A DNA stretch of 64,000 nucleotides from an uncultured Pelagibacteraceae bacterium (GTDB taxonomy: Bacteria > Pseudomonadota > Alphaproteobacteria > Pelagibacterales > Pelagibacteraceae). A model generated the notes under the pieces. It did no database searches. It saw nothing but the letters and a program-made list of their open reading frames with translations, and was not told the DNA's origin. Positions 18,908 through 29,786 of this stretch are shown one piece after another. Made by a program: the position numbers and the translations under genes. Location of the stretch: positions 46,033-110,032 of the forward strand of contig CACPCX010000003.1 of assembly GCA_902632545.1 (NCBI GenBank). The letters run 5' to 3'. Numbering within the stretch: the stretch's first letter is position 1; each line of letters opens with the position of its first letter.

Positions 18908-19867
18908 CTAAAACCGATGAATATAACCTTTAGATTTAGCTAGTATTTGCTTACCTTTTTGATCAAAAATTAAAGACCTATTTTTACCAGATACAATTTT
19001 ACCAATTTTAGTTATTTTTATTCCAGTTGTTTTAGATGCGTTTTGAATGATTCTGGCTTTGTTTATACCTGCAGTAAATAACACCTGATAATCATCTCCA
19101 TTTGAAATTAGATCTATTTTATTTAATTTTTTATTTTTAATAAAATTATCAAGTTTTTTTGAAACAGGTATTTTTTTTTCAAATAAGTGAAATGATAAAT
19201 TTTGTCTATTAATCATTTTTGATAGATCATCAATTAATCCATCCGAAACATCAATAGAGCTATTAGCAAATTTTAATAAATATTTTGTTATATTTATAGG
19301 TAGCTCTGGTTTGTAATATTTATCTATAAAGAATAATTTATCTTTATTATTAAATTTAGACTTATTACTTAATGCTTTGAGACCTAAATAACTATCTCCT
19401 AAATTTCCAGTAACATAAATATCATCATTTAATTTAGCTTTATTACGATAAATTAATTTATTCGAATAGCCCACTGAAGTAATTGTGAAACTTAGTTTAT
19501 TTGAAAAGGTTGTATCACCACCACATAAATCTATGTTAAATTTATTTTGTTCTGATTTGAGAGACTTTGAGATTTTATTTAAATTATTATTTGTAAATGT
19601 TTTTTTGTTTCCAGAACCAGAAATAAAATAAAATTTTGGTTTAATACCTTTGCAAATTAAATCAGAAATAGATGATCTTAATACTTTTTTAATTACAAGA
19701 TCGGGTGATTTAAAATTCAAAAAATGAGTACCAATATTGTATGTATCAACAGATATAACGACTCCCTTTTTTTTATCAAAAAAAACATCATCATTTAAAT
19801 TAAGAGCAAATTTATTCTTTTTAGCTATTTTTGAAAAATAATTATTTATTAACTCAAATTCATGCAT
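18908..19867 (-). CDS. thiL: Thiamine-monophosphate kinase
   Basis: EFELI, GGDT, VTGNLG, DVSDGL, GDDYQ. Confidence 0.93.
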   Translation of the reverse strand: MHEFELINNYFSKIAKKNKFALNLNDDVFFDKKKGVVISVDTYNIGTHFLNFKSPDLVIKKVLRSSISDLICKGIKPKFYFISGSGNKKTFTNNNLNKISKSLKSEQNKFNIDLCGGDTTFSNKLSFTITSVGYSNKLIYRNKAKLNDDIYVTGNLGDSYLGLKALSNKSKFNNKDKLFFIDKYYKPELPINITKYLLKFANSSIDVSDGLIDDLSKMINRQNLSFHLFEKKIPVSKKLDNFIKNKKLNKIDLISNGDDYQVLFTAGINKARIIQNASKTTGIKITKIGKIVSGKNRSLIFDQKGKQILAKSKGYIHRF

Positions 19868-20264
19868 TGTTAGATCTTAATTTTTTTCCCACATTATCTA
19901 ATAAAGCATTAAGATATTTTGTTTGTGAATCTACAAGGAAAAAATTAGATGAATTTAAGTATTCTTTAATTATTATGTTAATTGATAAATTTGGTTTATA
20001 CATAAACTCATAAGTTGCTGCTTTTAAAATTGTTTGAAAAACTTTATCTAATTTTTCAAATACAAATTCATCTCCTAATTTATTATTTAATTCATCTAAA
20101 ATAAGATCATTTCTTTCTATTGTTCCTAAAACTATATCCTTAATAAATTTTTTAAATCTATGTTTTGGAAAATCTAAATCATCATCTTCATTATAAAATT
20201 TCCCATATAATTTCTGAATAATTATAACTCGAGGGTTATTTTTGGGATTGTAATGAGTTCTCAT
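19860..20264 (-). CDS. nusB: Transcription antitermination factor NusB (compact)
   Basis: ILKAATYE, IIIKEY, LNALLD; ribH-nusB-thiL synteny. Confidence 0.88.
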   Translation of the reverse strand: MRTHYNPKNNPRVIIIQKLYGKFYNEDDDLDFPKHRFKKFIKDIVLGTIERNDLILDELNNKLGDEFVFEKLDKVFQTILKAATYEFMYKPNLSINIIIKEYLNSSNFFLVDSQTKYLNALLDNVGKKLRSNNA

Positions 20265-20650
20265 TTTTGAGACAAAACTGAAATTACAGCTTCTGCAGCT
20301 TCAGCTCCTTTTTTTCGTCTGGCTTTTGCTTGAGCCATATTTAAACAAGTAATTATTCCATTTCCAACAGGTTTCTTACTATCTATAGACAATTTCATTA
20401 TGGCATCCGTTGTTGCTTGAGAAATAAAATCAAAGTGAGGAGTTTGACCCTTAATTACGCATCCTAAAGCTAAAAAACCATCATATTTTTTTAAATTTTT
20501 TGAGATTGTAACTGGAATTTCAAAAGCACCAGGTACTTTAATAATTTTTATTATATTTTTTTTGGGAATTATTTTTAAAGCGCTTCCTATTAAACCATCA
20601 GCGATATCTTTATAATAATCTGCCACAACAATTAGATATTTTTTTTTCAT
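20261..20650 (-). CDS. ribH: 6,7-dimethyl-8-ribityllumazine synthase
   Basis: VPGAFEIP, GCVIKGQTPHFDFI. Confidence 0.96.
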   Translation of the reverse strand: MKKKYLIVVADYYKDIADGLIGSALKIIPKKNIIKIIKVPGAFEIPVTISKNLKKYDGFLALGCVIKGQTPHFDFISQATTDAIMKLSIDSKKPVGNGIITCLNMAQAKARRKKGAEAAEAVISVLSQK

Positions 20651-21750
20651 CAAATTAATTCCTGTTTCGTAATTTTTATACCATAACCATCAAGACCAAT
20701 AACTTTTTTTGGTGATTTGGTGATTAATATCATGTTTTTAATTTTTAAGTCTTTAATAATTTGAGCTCCAATACCATAATTTCTTATTAACTTGTCATTT
20801 CCCTTTTTATAGAAGTCTTTGTTTTTATAATCTTTTAAGGTCTGAGTTACTGATTTTAAATTTGAGTCTTTGATAAATACTAAAACACAATTTTGATATT
20901 TTTTAAAATAATTTAAGGTCTTATTAAATGAATTTGGTAATGATTGATTTATTAGATAGTTTTGGACGACATTAGACGAAATTACCCTCACTCTTGGAGT
21001 AATACCTTTTTTTATTTTACCTTTTATTAATGCAAAATGTTCTGAGCCATCTAAAAGATTCTCATAAATTCTAATATTATATTTTTGATTTTTTACATCA
21101 ATCTTGCTTTGCTTTTTAAGTCTAATAAGTTTTTCTTTTTTTAATCTATACGCGATCAGATCTTCTATTTTTCCAATTTTTAATTTATGTTTTTTTGCAA
21201 AATTGAATAAATCCTGACCTTTAGCCATTGTTCCGTCTTCATTCATAATTTCACAAATTACAGCAGAGTTATTTTTTTTTGCTAATTTAGATATATCAAC
21301 TGAAGCTTCTGTATGTCCTGCTCTAACGAGAACCCCACCATCTTTAGCAATAATTGGAAATACGTGGCCAGGTGAAACAATTTCGTTTTTATTTGCATTT
21401 TTTTTTGAAGCAATTTTTATTGTTGTAGCTCTGTCTTTGGCAGATATACCTGTTGATATTCCTTTTTTTGCCTCAATAGAAATTGTGAAAGCCGTTTTGT
21501 TTCTTGATTGATTCACTGGTGACATTAAAGATAAATTTAATTTTTTTGCCTGAAGAGTATCAAGAGCTAAACAAATTAAACCTCGTCCGTATTTTGCCAT
21601 AAAGTTAATATTTTTCGCATTTGTGTCTGACGTAGAAATAACTAAATCTCCCTCGTTTTCTCTTTTTTCATCATCTACCAAAATAAACATGCCCCCTTTT
21701 TTAGCTACACTTAAAATTGACTCGATTGATGCAAAATTATTTTTTCCCAT
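20650..21750 (-). CDS. ribB: DHBP synthase with degenerate GTP cyclohydrolase II domain (RibBX type)
   Basis: DDEKRENEGD, PGHVFP, RAGHTEA, CEIMNEDG. The C-terminal domain keeps YGIGAQI but lacks the Zn-binding Cys triad. Confidence 0.92.
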   Translation of the reverse strand: MGKNNFASIESILSVAKKGGMFILVDDEKRENEGDLVISTSDTNAKNINFMAKYGRGLICLALDTLQAKKLNLSLMSPVNQSRNKTAFTISIEAKKGISTGISAKDRATTIKIASKKNANKNEIVSPGHVFPIIAKDGGVLVRAGHTEASVDISKLAKKNNSAVICEIMNEDGTMAKGQDLFNFAKKHKLKIGKIEDLIAYRLKKEKLIRLKKQSKIDVKNQKYNIRIYENLLDGSEHFALIKGKIKKGITPRVRVISSNVVQNYLINQSLPNSFNKTLNYFKKYQNCVLVFIKDSNLKSVTQTLKDYKNKDFYKKGNDKLIRNYGIGAQIIKDLKIKNMILITKSPKKVIGLDGYGIKITKQELI

Positions 21751-22330
21751 TAAAATAATTCCTAACGTATTTAGACAAGATATCTATCTCTATGTTAACT
21801 AAACTAGATTTTTTTAAAGTTGATAAATTCGTTTCCTTATAAGTATGTGGGATAATCCAGATTTGGAAACCTTTTTTAGTTACTTTTGAAATTGTAAGAG
21901 AAATACCATTTACACAAATTGACGCTTTTTCTATTAAGTGTTTTCTCTCTTTTTTAGGTAAATCAAAGTCAAAAAGAAATGATTTATCTATTTTTTTAAC
22001 ACTTAAAACTTTACCTACAGTATCAACATGTCCTTGACAAATATGTCCCGAAATTTTTGTCCCATATTTTAAAGGTAATTCTAAATTTATTTTATCTTTT
22101 AGTTTTAAAAATTTAAATTTTGAACGAATTATAGTCTCTTTTGAAAGGTAAAATTCCATAATTTTAGATTTATATGAAATTAAAGTTAGACAAACACCAT
22201 CACAGGCAACAGACAAACCCATGTCTTTATTGGATACTTTAATGTTACTTTTTACAAAAATATTAAGACCTTTGGGTCTTTTAATAATTTTAATTATAAT
22301 ACCTTGATTGTAAATTATTCCATTAAACAT
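21737..22330 (-). CDS. ribE: Riboflavin synthase
   Basis: MFNGII, DGVCLT, GHICQGHVD, VNGISLT, VNIEID. Confidence 0.95.
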   Translation of the reverse strand: MFNGIIYNQGIIIKIIKRPKGLNIFVKSNIKVSNKDMGLSVACDGVCLTLISYKSKIMEFYLSKETIIRSKFKFLKLKDKINLELPLKYGTKISGHICQGHVDTVGKVLSVKKIDKSFLFDFDLPKKERKHLIEKASICVNGISLTISKVTKKGFQIWIIPHTYKETNLSTLKKSSLVNIEIDILSKYVRNYFNGKK

Positions 22331-22335
22331 AATTA

Positions 22336-23439
22336 TTATCTATATAGTATTATTCTGTCTTTTCGCAAATTCAGATTTAAATTAATCTTTGTCTTATACT
22401 TTTGATTTAAGGTTTTCATGCCACTAAATTTTAAATATTCTGAGCTTTTAGAAAGATTTTTAGGGCTTTTAAGTAAATAAAATTTATTAAAAATTTTCTT
22501 TTTAATTAAAGTATTAGTTAGATTGTTACCACCCTCTATAAGTAAATTTCTGCAACCATAATTAAATAATTTTTTCAAAACTTCTCTAATATTCATCTTT
22601 CTATTTCTATCGATTTTAGATTTAATTAACACAATTCCTTTTTTTTTAAATTTAGAAATTTTTGACTTATCAGCTCTATTATAAAAAATTAAAGTATTTT
22701 TATTTTTTGACGTTTTAATTATATAACTATTTATTTTACTTTTTAGTTCACTGTCTAAAATAATTCTTTTTGGTGAAAAATTTTCTAGACCTTTTAAGCG
22801 ACAATTTAATCTTGGATTATCTTTGTTTAATGTCTTGTAAGTAATCATCAAACTATCATTTTGATATCTCAAAAGATGAGTAAACTGATCTGAATAAATA
22901 TTTGTAATTTTTTTTTGTGACTTACTGTAAATAATATTATTTTTTGAAATAGCTATTTTACCTGTAACATATGGAAGCTTTTTTGTTCTATTAAAAAAAT
23001 AAGGAAAATAAAAATTTTCAATTGTATTTTTTAATAACCCTTTTTTTACAATTATTTGTTTAGAATTTAAAATTTTAAAACTTTTATTTCTTACTCTTTT
23101 GTCTATATCTGTGACAGCATATATAACCTCTGAAATTTTCGACTTTATAATTATGTCTGTACATGGTGGTGTTAATCCATGATGACAACAAGGTTCTAAA
23201 GTAATATACATTTTTGAGCCTTCTAAATCTTCATAACAGCTTTTAATTGCATTAAATTCTGCATGTGGTCTTCCGTTAAAAGAAGTTTGCCCTATAGAAA
23301 TTATTTTATCATTTTTAACGATAACACAACCTACTGATGGATTTGACCCAGTAAGTCCATGACGAGATCTAGCCAAGTCTAAGGCTATTTCCATATAAAA
23401 TTTATCTTTTATTGTAAATTTATCTTTTTTTGTAGACAT
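22336..23439 (-). CDS. ribD: Riboflavin deaminase/reductase
   Basis: NPSVGC, HAE, TLEPCCH...TPPC, IEGG. Confidence 0.95.
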   Translation of the reverse strand: MSTKKDKFTIKDKFYMEIALDLARSRHGLTGSNPSVGCVIVKNDKIISIGQTSFNGRPHAEFNAIKSCYEDLEGSKMYITLEPCCHHGLTPPCTDIIIKSKISEVIYAVTDIDKRVRNKSFKILNSKQIIVKKGLLKNTIENFYFPYFFNRTKKLPYVTGKIAISKNNIIYSKSQKKITNIYSDQFTHLLRYQNDSLMITYKTLNKDNPRLNCRLKGLENFSPKRIILDSELKSKINSYIIKTSKNKNTLIFYNRADKSKISKFKKKGIVLIKSKIDRNRKMNIREVLKKLFNYGCRNLLIEGGNNLTNTLIKKKIFNKFYLLKSPKNLSKSSEYLKFSGMKTLNQKYKTKINLNLNLRKDRIILYR

Positions 23440-23878
23440 CTAGCTTGTCCACGAATTGTACAAAATCTTTTTCTTCTCTAAAGTTTCTATATACAGATGC
23501 AAATCTTACATATCCAACTGGATCTAAATCTTTTAAACCTTCCATTACCATAGTACCAATTGTATTGGTAGATATCTCACTTTGACCAAGCTCCTCCAAA
23601 GATCTTGAAATCTGACTTATAAATTTTTCTATTGTTTCAGTGTCTATAGGTCTTTTCTTAAGAGCAATGTAAATAGATTTGGATAGTTTATCTCTATCAA
23701 ATGTAGATTTTCTTCCATTTTTTTTTACAACCATTAATTCTCTAAATTGTACTCTTTCAAAAGTTGTAAAACGAGCTCCACAAACACAAAGTCTTCGTCT
23801 TCTTATAGCTGTTCCATCTTCTGTAGGTCTAGAGTCGACAACAGAGGTCTCCCCTTTTTTACATATTGAGCAAATCAT
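23420..23878 (-). CDS. nrdR: Transcriptional repressor NrdR
   Basis: CxxC...VVDSR...[19 protein letters not shown]. Confidence 0.97.
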   Translation of the reverse strand: MICSICKKGETSVVDSRPTEDGTAIRRRRLCVCGARFTTFERVQFRELMVVKKNGRKSTFDRDKLSKSIYIALKKRPIDTETIEKFISQISRSLEELGQSEISTNTIGTMVMEGLKDLDPVGYVRFASVYRNFREEKDFVQFVDKLDVYKKR

Positions 23879-23881
23879 TTA

Positions 23882-25189
23882 CTAAAGGTTCTTATATATC
23901 GGAAATGATGAAGTTAAAGAAATAACTTCATTTTTTACTTCTTCTTCTATTTTGCTATTATCAGAAGGATTTTCGGACAATCCTTTAAGTGTTTTTGTAA
24001 TTAATTCTCCAACAGTTTTAAATTCATTCAATCCAAAACCTCGTGTAGTAGCTGCTTGAGTACCTAGCCTAATACCTGATGTAATCATAGGTTTTTCTGT
24101 ATCAAATGGAATGCCATTTTTATTACACGTAATATTTGCTCTAGATAAACTTTCAGCTGCAAGATTACCTTTTACATTGTAAGGTCTTAAATCTACCAGC
24201 ATCAAGTGAGTGTCTGTTCCATCCGAATAAATTTTAAATCCATTGTTTTTTAAAGTTTCTGCGAGCATCTTAGCGTTAGCTAAAACAGACTTAATATAAT
24301 TTTGAAATTCTGGTTGTAAGGCCTCCAAAAATCCAGCAGCCTTAGCTGCAATAATATGCATCAAAGGCCCGCCCTGATAACCAGGAAAAACTGCTGTATT
24401 AAATTTTTTAGCAAGATCCTCGTGATTAGTTAAAATTATACCGCCTCTTGCACTTCTAAATACTTTATGTGTCGTTGATGTAACTACATGTGCATAATCA
24501 CAAGGATTAGGATAACCTTTACCTGCAACCAAACCAGAGAAGTGTGCCATATCAACCATTAAATACGCACCAACTTTATCTGCTATGTCTCTAAATCTCT
24601 TGAAGTCAATTACTCTTGAATAAGCGCTTCCACCAGCTATTATTAGTTTAGGTTTATGCTCTAAAGCAAGTTTTTCAACATTATCATAGTCAATTAATTC
24701 TGACTCTTTATCAACATCATACCCTATTGCATTAAACCATTTACCTGACATTGAAATTTTTAATCCATGAGTAATATGACCACCCGAATTTAAACTCATA
24801 CCCATGAATGTATCTCCAGGGCTTAACAAAGCTAAAAACACTGCACCATTCGCTTGAGCACCTGAATGTGGCTGTGCGTTAGCAAATTTACAATTAAATA
24901 ATTTTTTTAATCTTTCAATTGCAAGATTTTCTGCAACATCAACATGCTCACAACCATTGTAATATCTTTTACCAGGATAACCTTCTGCATATTTATTTGT
25001 TAAAACTGAACCTTGAGCCTCTAATACTGCTTGAGAAACTATATTTTCAGAAGCGATTAGCTCTATATGTTGCTGTTGTCTTATTAATTCATCTTTAATA
25101 GCTTTAAAAAGTTCTGGATCTTTTACTGACAAACTATCTTCAAAGAAACTTTTATAACTATCGTTTAAATAATTTTTCTCACTAGACAT
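23882..25189 (-). CDS. glyA: Serine hydroxymethyltransferase
   Basis: [25 protein letters not shown]. Confidence 0.98.
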   Translation of the reverse strand: MSSEKNYLNDSYKSFFEDSLSVKDPELFKAIKDELIRQQQHIELIASENIVSQAVLEAQGSVLTNKYAEGYPGKRYYNGCEHVDVAENLAIERLKKLFNCKFANAQPHSGAQANGAVFLALLSPGDTFMGMSLNSGGHITHGLKISMSGKWFNAIGYDVDKESELIDYDNVEKLALEHKPKLIIAGGSAYSRVIDFKRFRDIADKVGAYLMVDMAHFSGLVAGKGYPNPCDYAHVVTSTTHKVFRSARGGIILTNHEDLAKKFNTAVFPGYQGGPLMHIIAAKAAGFLEALQPEFQNYIKSVLANAKMLAETLKNNGFKIYSDGTDTHLMLVDLRPYNVKGNLAAESLSRANITCNKNGIPFDTEKPMITSGIRLGTQAATTRGFGLNEFKTVGELITKTLKGLSENPSDNSKIEEEVKNEVISLTSSFPIYKNL

Positions 25190-25191
25190 AA

Positions 25192-25617
25192 TTATATCTT
25201 TTTTACTCTCCTTAAGTGTCTTCCACCATCAAATTTAGTATTTAAAAAAACACCAATAAATCTTAAAGCATTTTTTTTAGATATCAATCTTGAACCTAAT
25301 GTAATGATATTTGCATCATTATGCAATCTGGATAATTTTGTTGATTTTAGATTAAAACATTGGGCAGCACGTACATTTTTATGCTTATTTGCCGCAATAT
25401 TCATGCCCGTACCAGATCCACACACTAAAATACCAACATTACTTTTATTAAGCTTAACTTTTTTAGCTACTTTATGAGCATAGTCTGGATAATCAACGCT
25501 ACTATCATTTTTTGGTCCAAGATCCTCAAATCTCATTTTTTTTTTTATTAGATAAATTTTAATTATCTCTTTTAATTTGTATCCAGCATGATCTGATGAA
25601 ATAAAAATTTTTTTCAA
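25192..25617 (-). CDS. rpiB: Ribose-5-phosphate isomerase B
   Basis: SDHAG, DYPD, CGSGTG, HNDAN, FDGGRH. Confidence 0.96.
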   Translation of the reverse strand: MKKIFISSDHAGYKLKEIIKIYLIKKKMRFEDLGPKNDSSVDYPDYAHKVAKKVKLNKSNVGILVCGSGTGMNIAANKHKNVRAAQCFNLKSTKLSRLHNDANIITLGSRLISKKNALRFIGVFLNTKFDGGRHLRRVKKI

Positions 25618-25618
25618 A

Positions 25619-26257
25619 TTAATTAAATTTGTAATCTAAAACACAAGCAACTAAATGAATTCTGTTCTCTTCACCTCCATTAAATGCATTGTGATACTTC
25701 GTATTATTCGTGATCCAAACAGAACCATCAGCAGGCATGTGCTTTGCAACATTATCAATAACCATGATACAGCCAGGGTTAGTAATTATAGGTATATGTA
25801 ATCTTGGTTCAGGATCTCTATGCCAACTTAAAGTTGATCTTGGTTCTTTTAAAAGAATTCTTATTCTTCCAAGTTTATATCTAGATGATAGGGCATCATA
25901 GACTTCTTTGAAATAAGTGTTTTCATAATCTTTTATAAATTCTGAATATTGTGACTCATCAAGAGACTCGTCCCGAACAACCTCTTTTCCTGATTTGTCG
26001 GGTTTTGTCCAATATACACCTCTAGCCTTATTACCTTTAATTGAATCTGGATCACCAGGTATTTGGGTTAATGATATGGCACCAAAGTGAGTTACACCAG
26101 CATCCTCAAATTTTCTAATTTTAACTATTTGGTGATAAGCCTCTTGTAATTTTTCTATATCAAACTTGATTTCTTGCTTTTGAAAATCACTGAAGTCTAA
26201 AACTCTATCTTCTTTTTTGATATTTAAATCTATTACTTTTGAATTTTCCATTGTCAT
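25619..26257 (-). CDS. Aspartyl/asparaginyl beta-hydroxylase-like 2OG-Fe(II) oxygenase
   Basis: WHRD...RLHIPIITN...H.AFN...RIHLV (HxD...H triad plus 2OG-binding Arg). Confidence 0.8.
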   Translation of the reverse strand: MTMENSKVIDLNIKKEDRVLDFSDFQKQEIKFDIEKLQEAYHQIVKIRKFEDAGVTHFGAISLTQIPGDPDSIKGNKARGVYWTKPDKSGKEVVRDESLDESQYSEFIKDYENTYFKEVYDALSSRYKLGRIRILLKEPRSTLSWHRDPEPRLHIPIITNPGCIMVIDNVAKHMPADGSVWITNNTKYHNAFNGGEENRIHLVACVLDYKFN

Positions 26258-26330
26258 CTTGATTGCTTTCTACCCTTTTTTTTGTATATGTGTATATTAC
26301 ATTTGTCGCAATTTAAAAGTAAATTAAAAC

Positions 26331-27320
26331 ATGATTATTGGTAAATATCCGAGTCTTAGACTTAGAAGAAATAGAAAAGAATCTTGGTCAAGAAGACTGA
26401 TTCAAGAAAATACCTTAAGTCCAAATGACTTTATATTACCTATTTTTTTAATTGAAGGATCAAATAAACGGCAAGAGATTTCATCGATGCCGGGTGTATA
26501 CAGATATACTATTAATCGATTGAGTCAAATAGTGGATAGAGCCATAAAAAAAAATATACCGATGGTTGCACTTTTTCCAAAAACCCAAAATTCATATAAA
26601 GATGAATTGGGAACAGAATCACTTAATGAAAAAAATTTAGTTTGTAGAGCAATTAAAGAAATTAAAAAAAGATACAAAAATCAAATAGGTATAATGTGTG
26701 ACGTTGCATTAGATCCCTACACATCACATGGTCATGACGGTTTAATTAAATCTAACACTATTCTAAACGACGAGACTGTAGAGGTACTGATTAATCAATC
26801 ATTACTTCAAGCAGAGATGGGATGTGATGTAATTGCCCCATCAGACATGATGGATGGCAGAATAGGAAAAATAAGAAAAGCTTTAGATAAAAATAAATTC
26901 CAAAACGTTCAAATATTATCGTACGCTGCAAAATATGCTTCAAGCTTTTATGGACCTTTTAGAGATGCAGTAGGTTCTAAAGGTTCGTTAAAAGGAGACA
27001 AAAAAACTTATCAGATGGATTATAGAAATTCTGATGAAGCTTTAAGAGAAGTTGCTTTAGATATTAAAGAAGGAGCAGATATGGTTATGGTTAAACCAGG
27101 CATGCCCTACTTAGACATAATAAAATCAATAAAAGAAAAATTTAAATTACCTGTATTTGCCTATCAAGTATCAGGTGAATACAGCTTAATTGAAACAGCT
27201 ATAGCGAAAAAATTAATTAATAAAGATGCTATATATGAAAGCTTAGTTGCTTTTAAGAGAGCTGGTGCCAATGCTATAGTAAGTTATTACGCTGATAGAA
27301 TTGATAAAATAATAAAATAG
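26331..27320 (+). CDS. hemB: Porphobilinogen synthase (Zn-independent type)
   Basis: DVALDPYTSHGHDG, PSDMMDGR, MVKPG, YQVSGEY. Confidence 0.97.
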   Translation: MIIGKYPSLRLRRNRKESWSRRLIQENTLSPNDFILPIFLIEGSNKRQEISSMPGVYRYTINRLSQIVDRAIKKNIPMVALFPKTQNSYKDELGTESLNEKNLVCRAIKEIKKRYKNQIGIMCDVALDPYTSHGHDGLIKSNTILNDETVEVLINQSLLQAEMGCDVIAPSDMMDGRIGKIRKALDKNKFQNVQILSYAAKYASSFYGPFRDAVGSKGSLKGDKKTYQMDYRNSDEALREVALDIKEGADMVMVKPGMPYLDIIKSIKEKFKLPVFAYQVSGEYSLIETAIAKKLINKDAIYESLVAFKRAGANAIVSYYADRIDKIIK

Positions 27321-28001
27321 TTATTTTAACGTATTTAAAAATAGTAATCTGCTATTTGGATAATTTAAATTATTAGGTCTTAATATAGTTTTATCCAAAT
27401 AATCACCTACTAATTTCAAACCGCTCAATAAAGTGTCGAGATCATTAACTTCTATATCTTTTTCAATCAAAAAATTAGGTACATATTTTTTTTCATTTAA
27501 AGAACTTACGTGATATACAGTTTTGTTACCTTCTAAATCTTTTTCAACTAAATTTTCAAGTGCTAGGTCATATCCTAATATTTTAAGTAACTCTAATTCC
27601 CAAAAAATATATTTTTTTAACCAATTTTTTTCTTTTAAAATTAAAAATAAATTTTGAATTATAAAAAAAACTTTATCATTAGATTGGGAATCTGCAGTTA
27701 ATATTTTAATCAAGTTCATTGCAGATGTAATACAAGACAACTTTTGCTTGTGATCAAAATATAATGGAGTATAGGCATTTAAAATTTCAATTTTAAAATA
27801 ACCTATTCTATTTTCATTTTTAGAATTGTAATTAACATGGAGTTTGTTGCCAACTTGAAGATAATTTTTGATTTTTTTTGAAGTACCGCCAAATATAATT
27901 CCAGATATCTTTCCTTTTTCTTTGGTAAATAATTCAGCAATTAATGAATTTTCATTATATCTAGTTTTGCTTATTAAAAATCCCTCGTCTGACCAATTCA
28001 T
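27321..28001 (-). CDS. recO: DNA repair protein RecO
   Basis: MNWSDEG...E...TKEKG, WELELL..LGY; position after rnc. Confidence 0.88.
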   Translation of the reverse strand: MNWSDEGFLISKTRYNENSLIAELFTKEKGKISGIIFGGTSKKIKNYLQVGNKLHVNYNSKNENRIGYFKIEILNAYTPLYFDHKQKLSCITSAMNLIKILTADSQSNDKVFFIIQNLFLILKEKNWLKKYIFWELELLKILGYDLALENLVEKDLEGNKTVYHVSSLNEKKYVPNFLIEKDIEVNDLDTLLSGLKLVGDYLDKTILRPNNLNYPNSRLLFLNTLK

Positions 28002-28666
28002 TTTTTATTTGTATTTTTCAAACATTCTATTGCAGCATTTTGTTCAGCCTCTTTCTTTGATTTTCCAGTAGCTATAAAATATTTTGTATGGGGTAATTTT
28101 ACTCCAACTTTAAATATAGGTTTATGTCTTGGACCAGTATTTGAAATCAATTTATACTTAGGCAATTTTTTAAAGTTTTTTAAAGTTAATTCCTGTAGCT
28201 TTGTTTTTGCATCTATTTCTGTAACTACACTTTTTTTAATATGATCTTGCCACAAGTTTAAGATTGTTTTTTCTGCAATTGTAAAACCTTTATCAAGATA
28301 AATAGCACCGATTAATGCTTCACAGCTATCAGATATAATTTTGTCCTCAATTTTTATTTTTTTATTGTTAGGATTAAATGTTTTAATATAACTAGATAAA
28401 TTAATTTTTTTTGCTATATCCAAACAGGTTTTTTTGTTCACTAACGATGCAAATTTTTTATCAAGAATACCTTCTTTTTCCTCAGGATAAATTTCTAAAA
28501 GCTTTTTTGCTATCACCAAGCCAAGAACTCTATCACCAAGAAACTCTATTTTTTCATTGTTTTCATTTGGATTAAAGCTTTTATGTGTGAGTGCTTGAAT
28601 AAGTAGATCTTTATTTTTAAATTTTAAATCAATTTTTTTTTCTAAACTCAGATAGTTAATTTTCAT
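27998..28666 (-). CDS. rnc: Ribonuclease III
   Basis: ALTHKS, EFLGDRVL, EALIGAIYLD, dsRBD. Confidence 0.96.
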   Translation of the reverse strand: MKINYLSLEKKIDLKFKNKDLLIQALTHKSFNPNENNEKIEFLGDRVLGLVIAKKLLEIYPEEKEGILDKKFASLVNKKTCLDIAKKINLSSYIKTFNPNNKKIKIEDKIISDSCEALIGAIYLDKGFTIAEKTILNLWQDHIKKSVVTEIDAKTKLQELTLKNFKKLPKYKLISNTGPRHKPIFKVGVKLPHTKYFIATGKSKKEAEQNAAIECLKNTNKK

Positions 28667-29403
28667 TAATTAATTTTATTAAATGTTCTAATAAATCTTA
28701 TTGACTTATGCCATTTCCAAAATTCTATAAAACTTCCTATTTTTTTATCAGAAGAAAAAAATATAAATTGAGCTTTTCCTACTAAATTATCTTTATGCAC
28801 ATATCCTACACTTGTTAAATATCTGCTATCTTTAGAACAATCTCTGTTGTCGCCTAAAAAGAAATAATGATCTTTTGGTACAGTAAAAACATCAGAATTT
28901 TGATAGGTATAATCTTTTAGATAAACAGTATGAAACTTTTTTCCATTTGAAAGTTTTTCCTCAAACCTATAAACATCAATTCTTTTGTCTCCACAGAAAA
29001 TAGTAGTTTTATTATTAATTCTAGATTTAAGAATTTCAGAATTATTTAAATATAAATTGGAGTCTATGAACTGAATTTTATCACCAGGCAAACCAATTAA
29101 TCTTTTAATGTAGTCTGTTCTATTATCTGCGGGAGTTTTAAATACAATTACATCACCCCTTTCTGGAGCGCTAAACATAATTCTTTTGTTTAATATTGGA
29201 GGACTAAAAGGAAATGAATGCTTACTATAACCATAGGTATATTTTGTTACAAACAATCTATCACCTACTAACAAAGTAGGTTCCATGGATGAGGATGGAA
29301 TATAAAATGGTTGTAGTAAAAGTGATCTAATTATAACTGCAATTATTAATGCATAAATTAAAGTTTTTATATTTTCTGAAAAAAAATTTTTATCTATTTT
29401 CAT
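28666..29403 (-). CDS. lepB: Signal peptidase I
   Basis: IPSSSMEPTL, YIKRLIGLPGD, GDNRD.S.DSR. Confidence 0.97.
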   Translation of the reverse strand: MKIDKNFFSENIKTLIYALIIAVIIRSLLLQPFYIPSSSMEPTLLVGDRLFVTKYTYGYSKHSFPFSPPILNKRIMFSAPERGDVIVFKTPADNRTDYIKRLIGLPGDKIQFIDSNLYLNNSEILKSRINNKTTIFCGDKRIDVYRFEEKLSNGKKFHTVYLKDYTYQNSDVFTVPKDHYFFLGDNRDCSKDSRYLTSVGYVHKDNLVGKAQFIFFSSDKKIGSFIEFWKWHKSIRFIRTFNKIN

Positions 29404-29786
29404 GATGTTTGAATAATTGCAAATGCAGTTGAGTAATTTTTTTCATCTGAAATTGACAGAAAACACTTAAAATTTTTGATTTTAAAATTTTTTTGTATGG
29501 TTTTTGTAATTTTTTTATTTTTAACATAATAAGGCTTTCCCATTTTATCATTAACAACTTCTATATCTTTAAAATTTAAATTCATACGAAAACCTGTACC
29601 TAAAGCTTTAGAAAATGCTTCTTTTGCAGCAAATCTCTTCGAAAAATAAGCCACTTTATTGTTTACAGCATTAGATTGTTTCAATTCTTTAAATGAGTAA
29701 ATTCTTTTTTTAAATAAAGGATTTTTAATTAATTTTTGAACTCTTTTATTTTCAACAATATCAACACCAATACCAAGAATTTTCAT
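29400..29786 (-). CDS. acpS: Holo-ACP synthase
   Basis: GIGVDIV, RFAAKEAFSKALGTG, LSISD. Confidence 0.96.
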   Translation of the reverse strand: MKILGIGVDIVENKRVQKLIKNPLFKKRIYSFKELKQSNAVNNKVAYFSKRFAAKEAFSKALGTGFRMNLNFKDIEVVNDKMGKPYYVKNKKITKTIQKNFKIKNFKCFLSISDEKNYSTAFAIIQTS

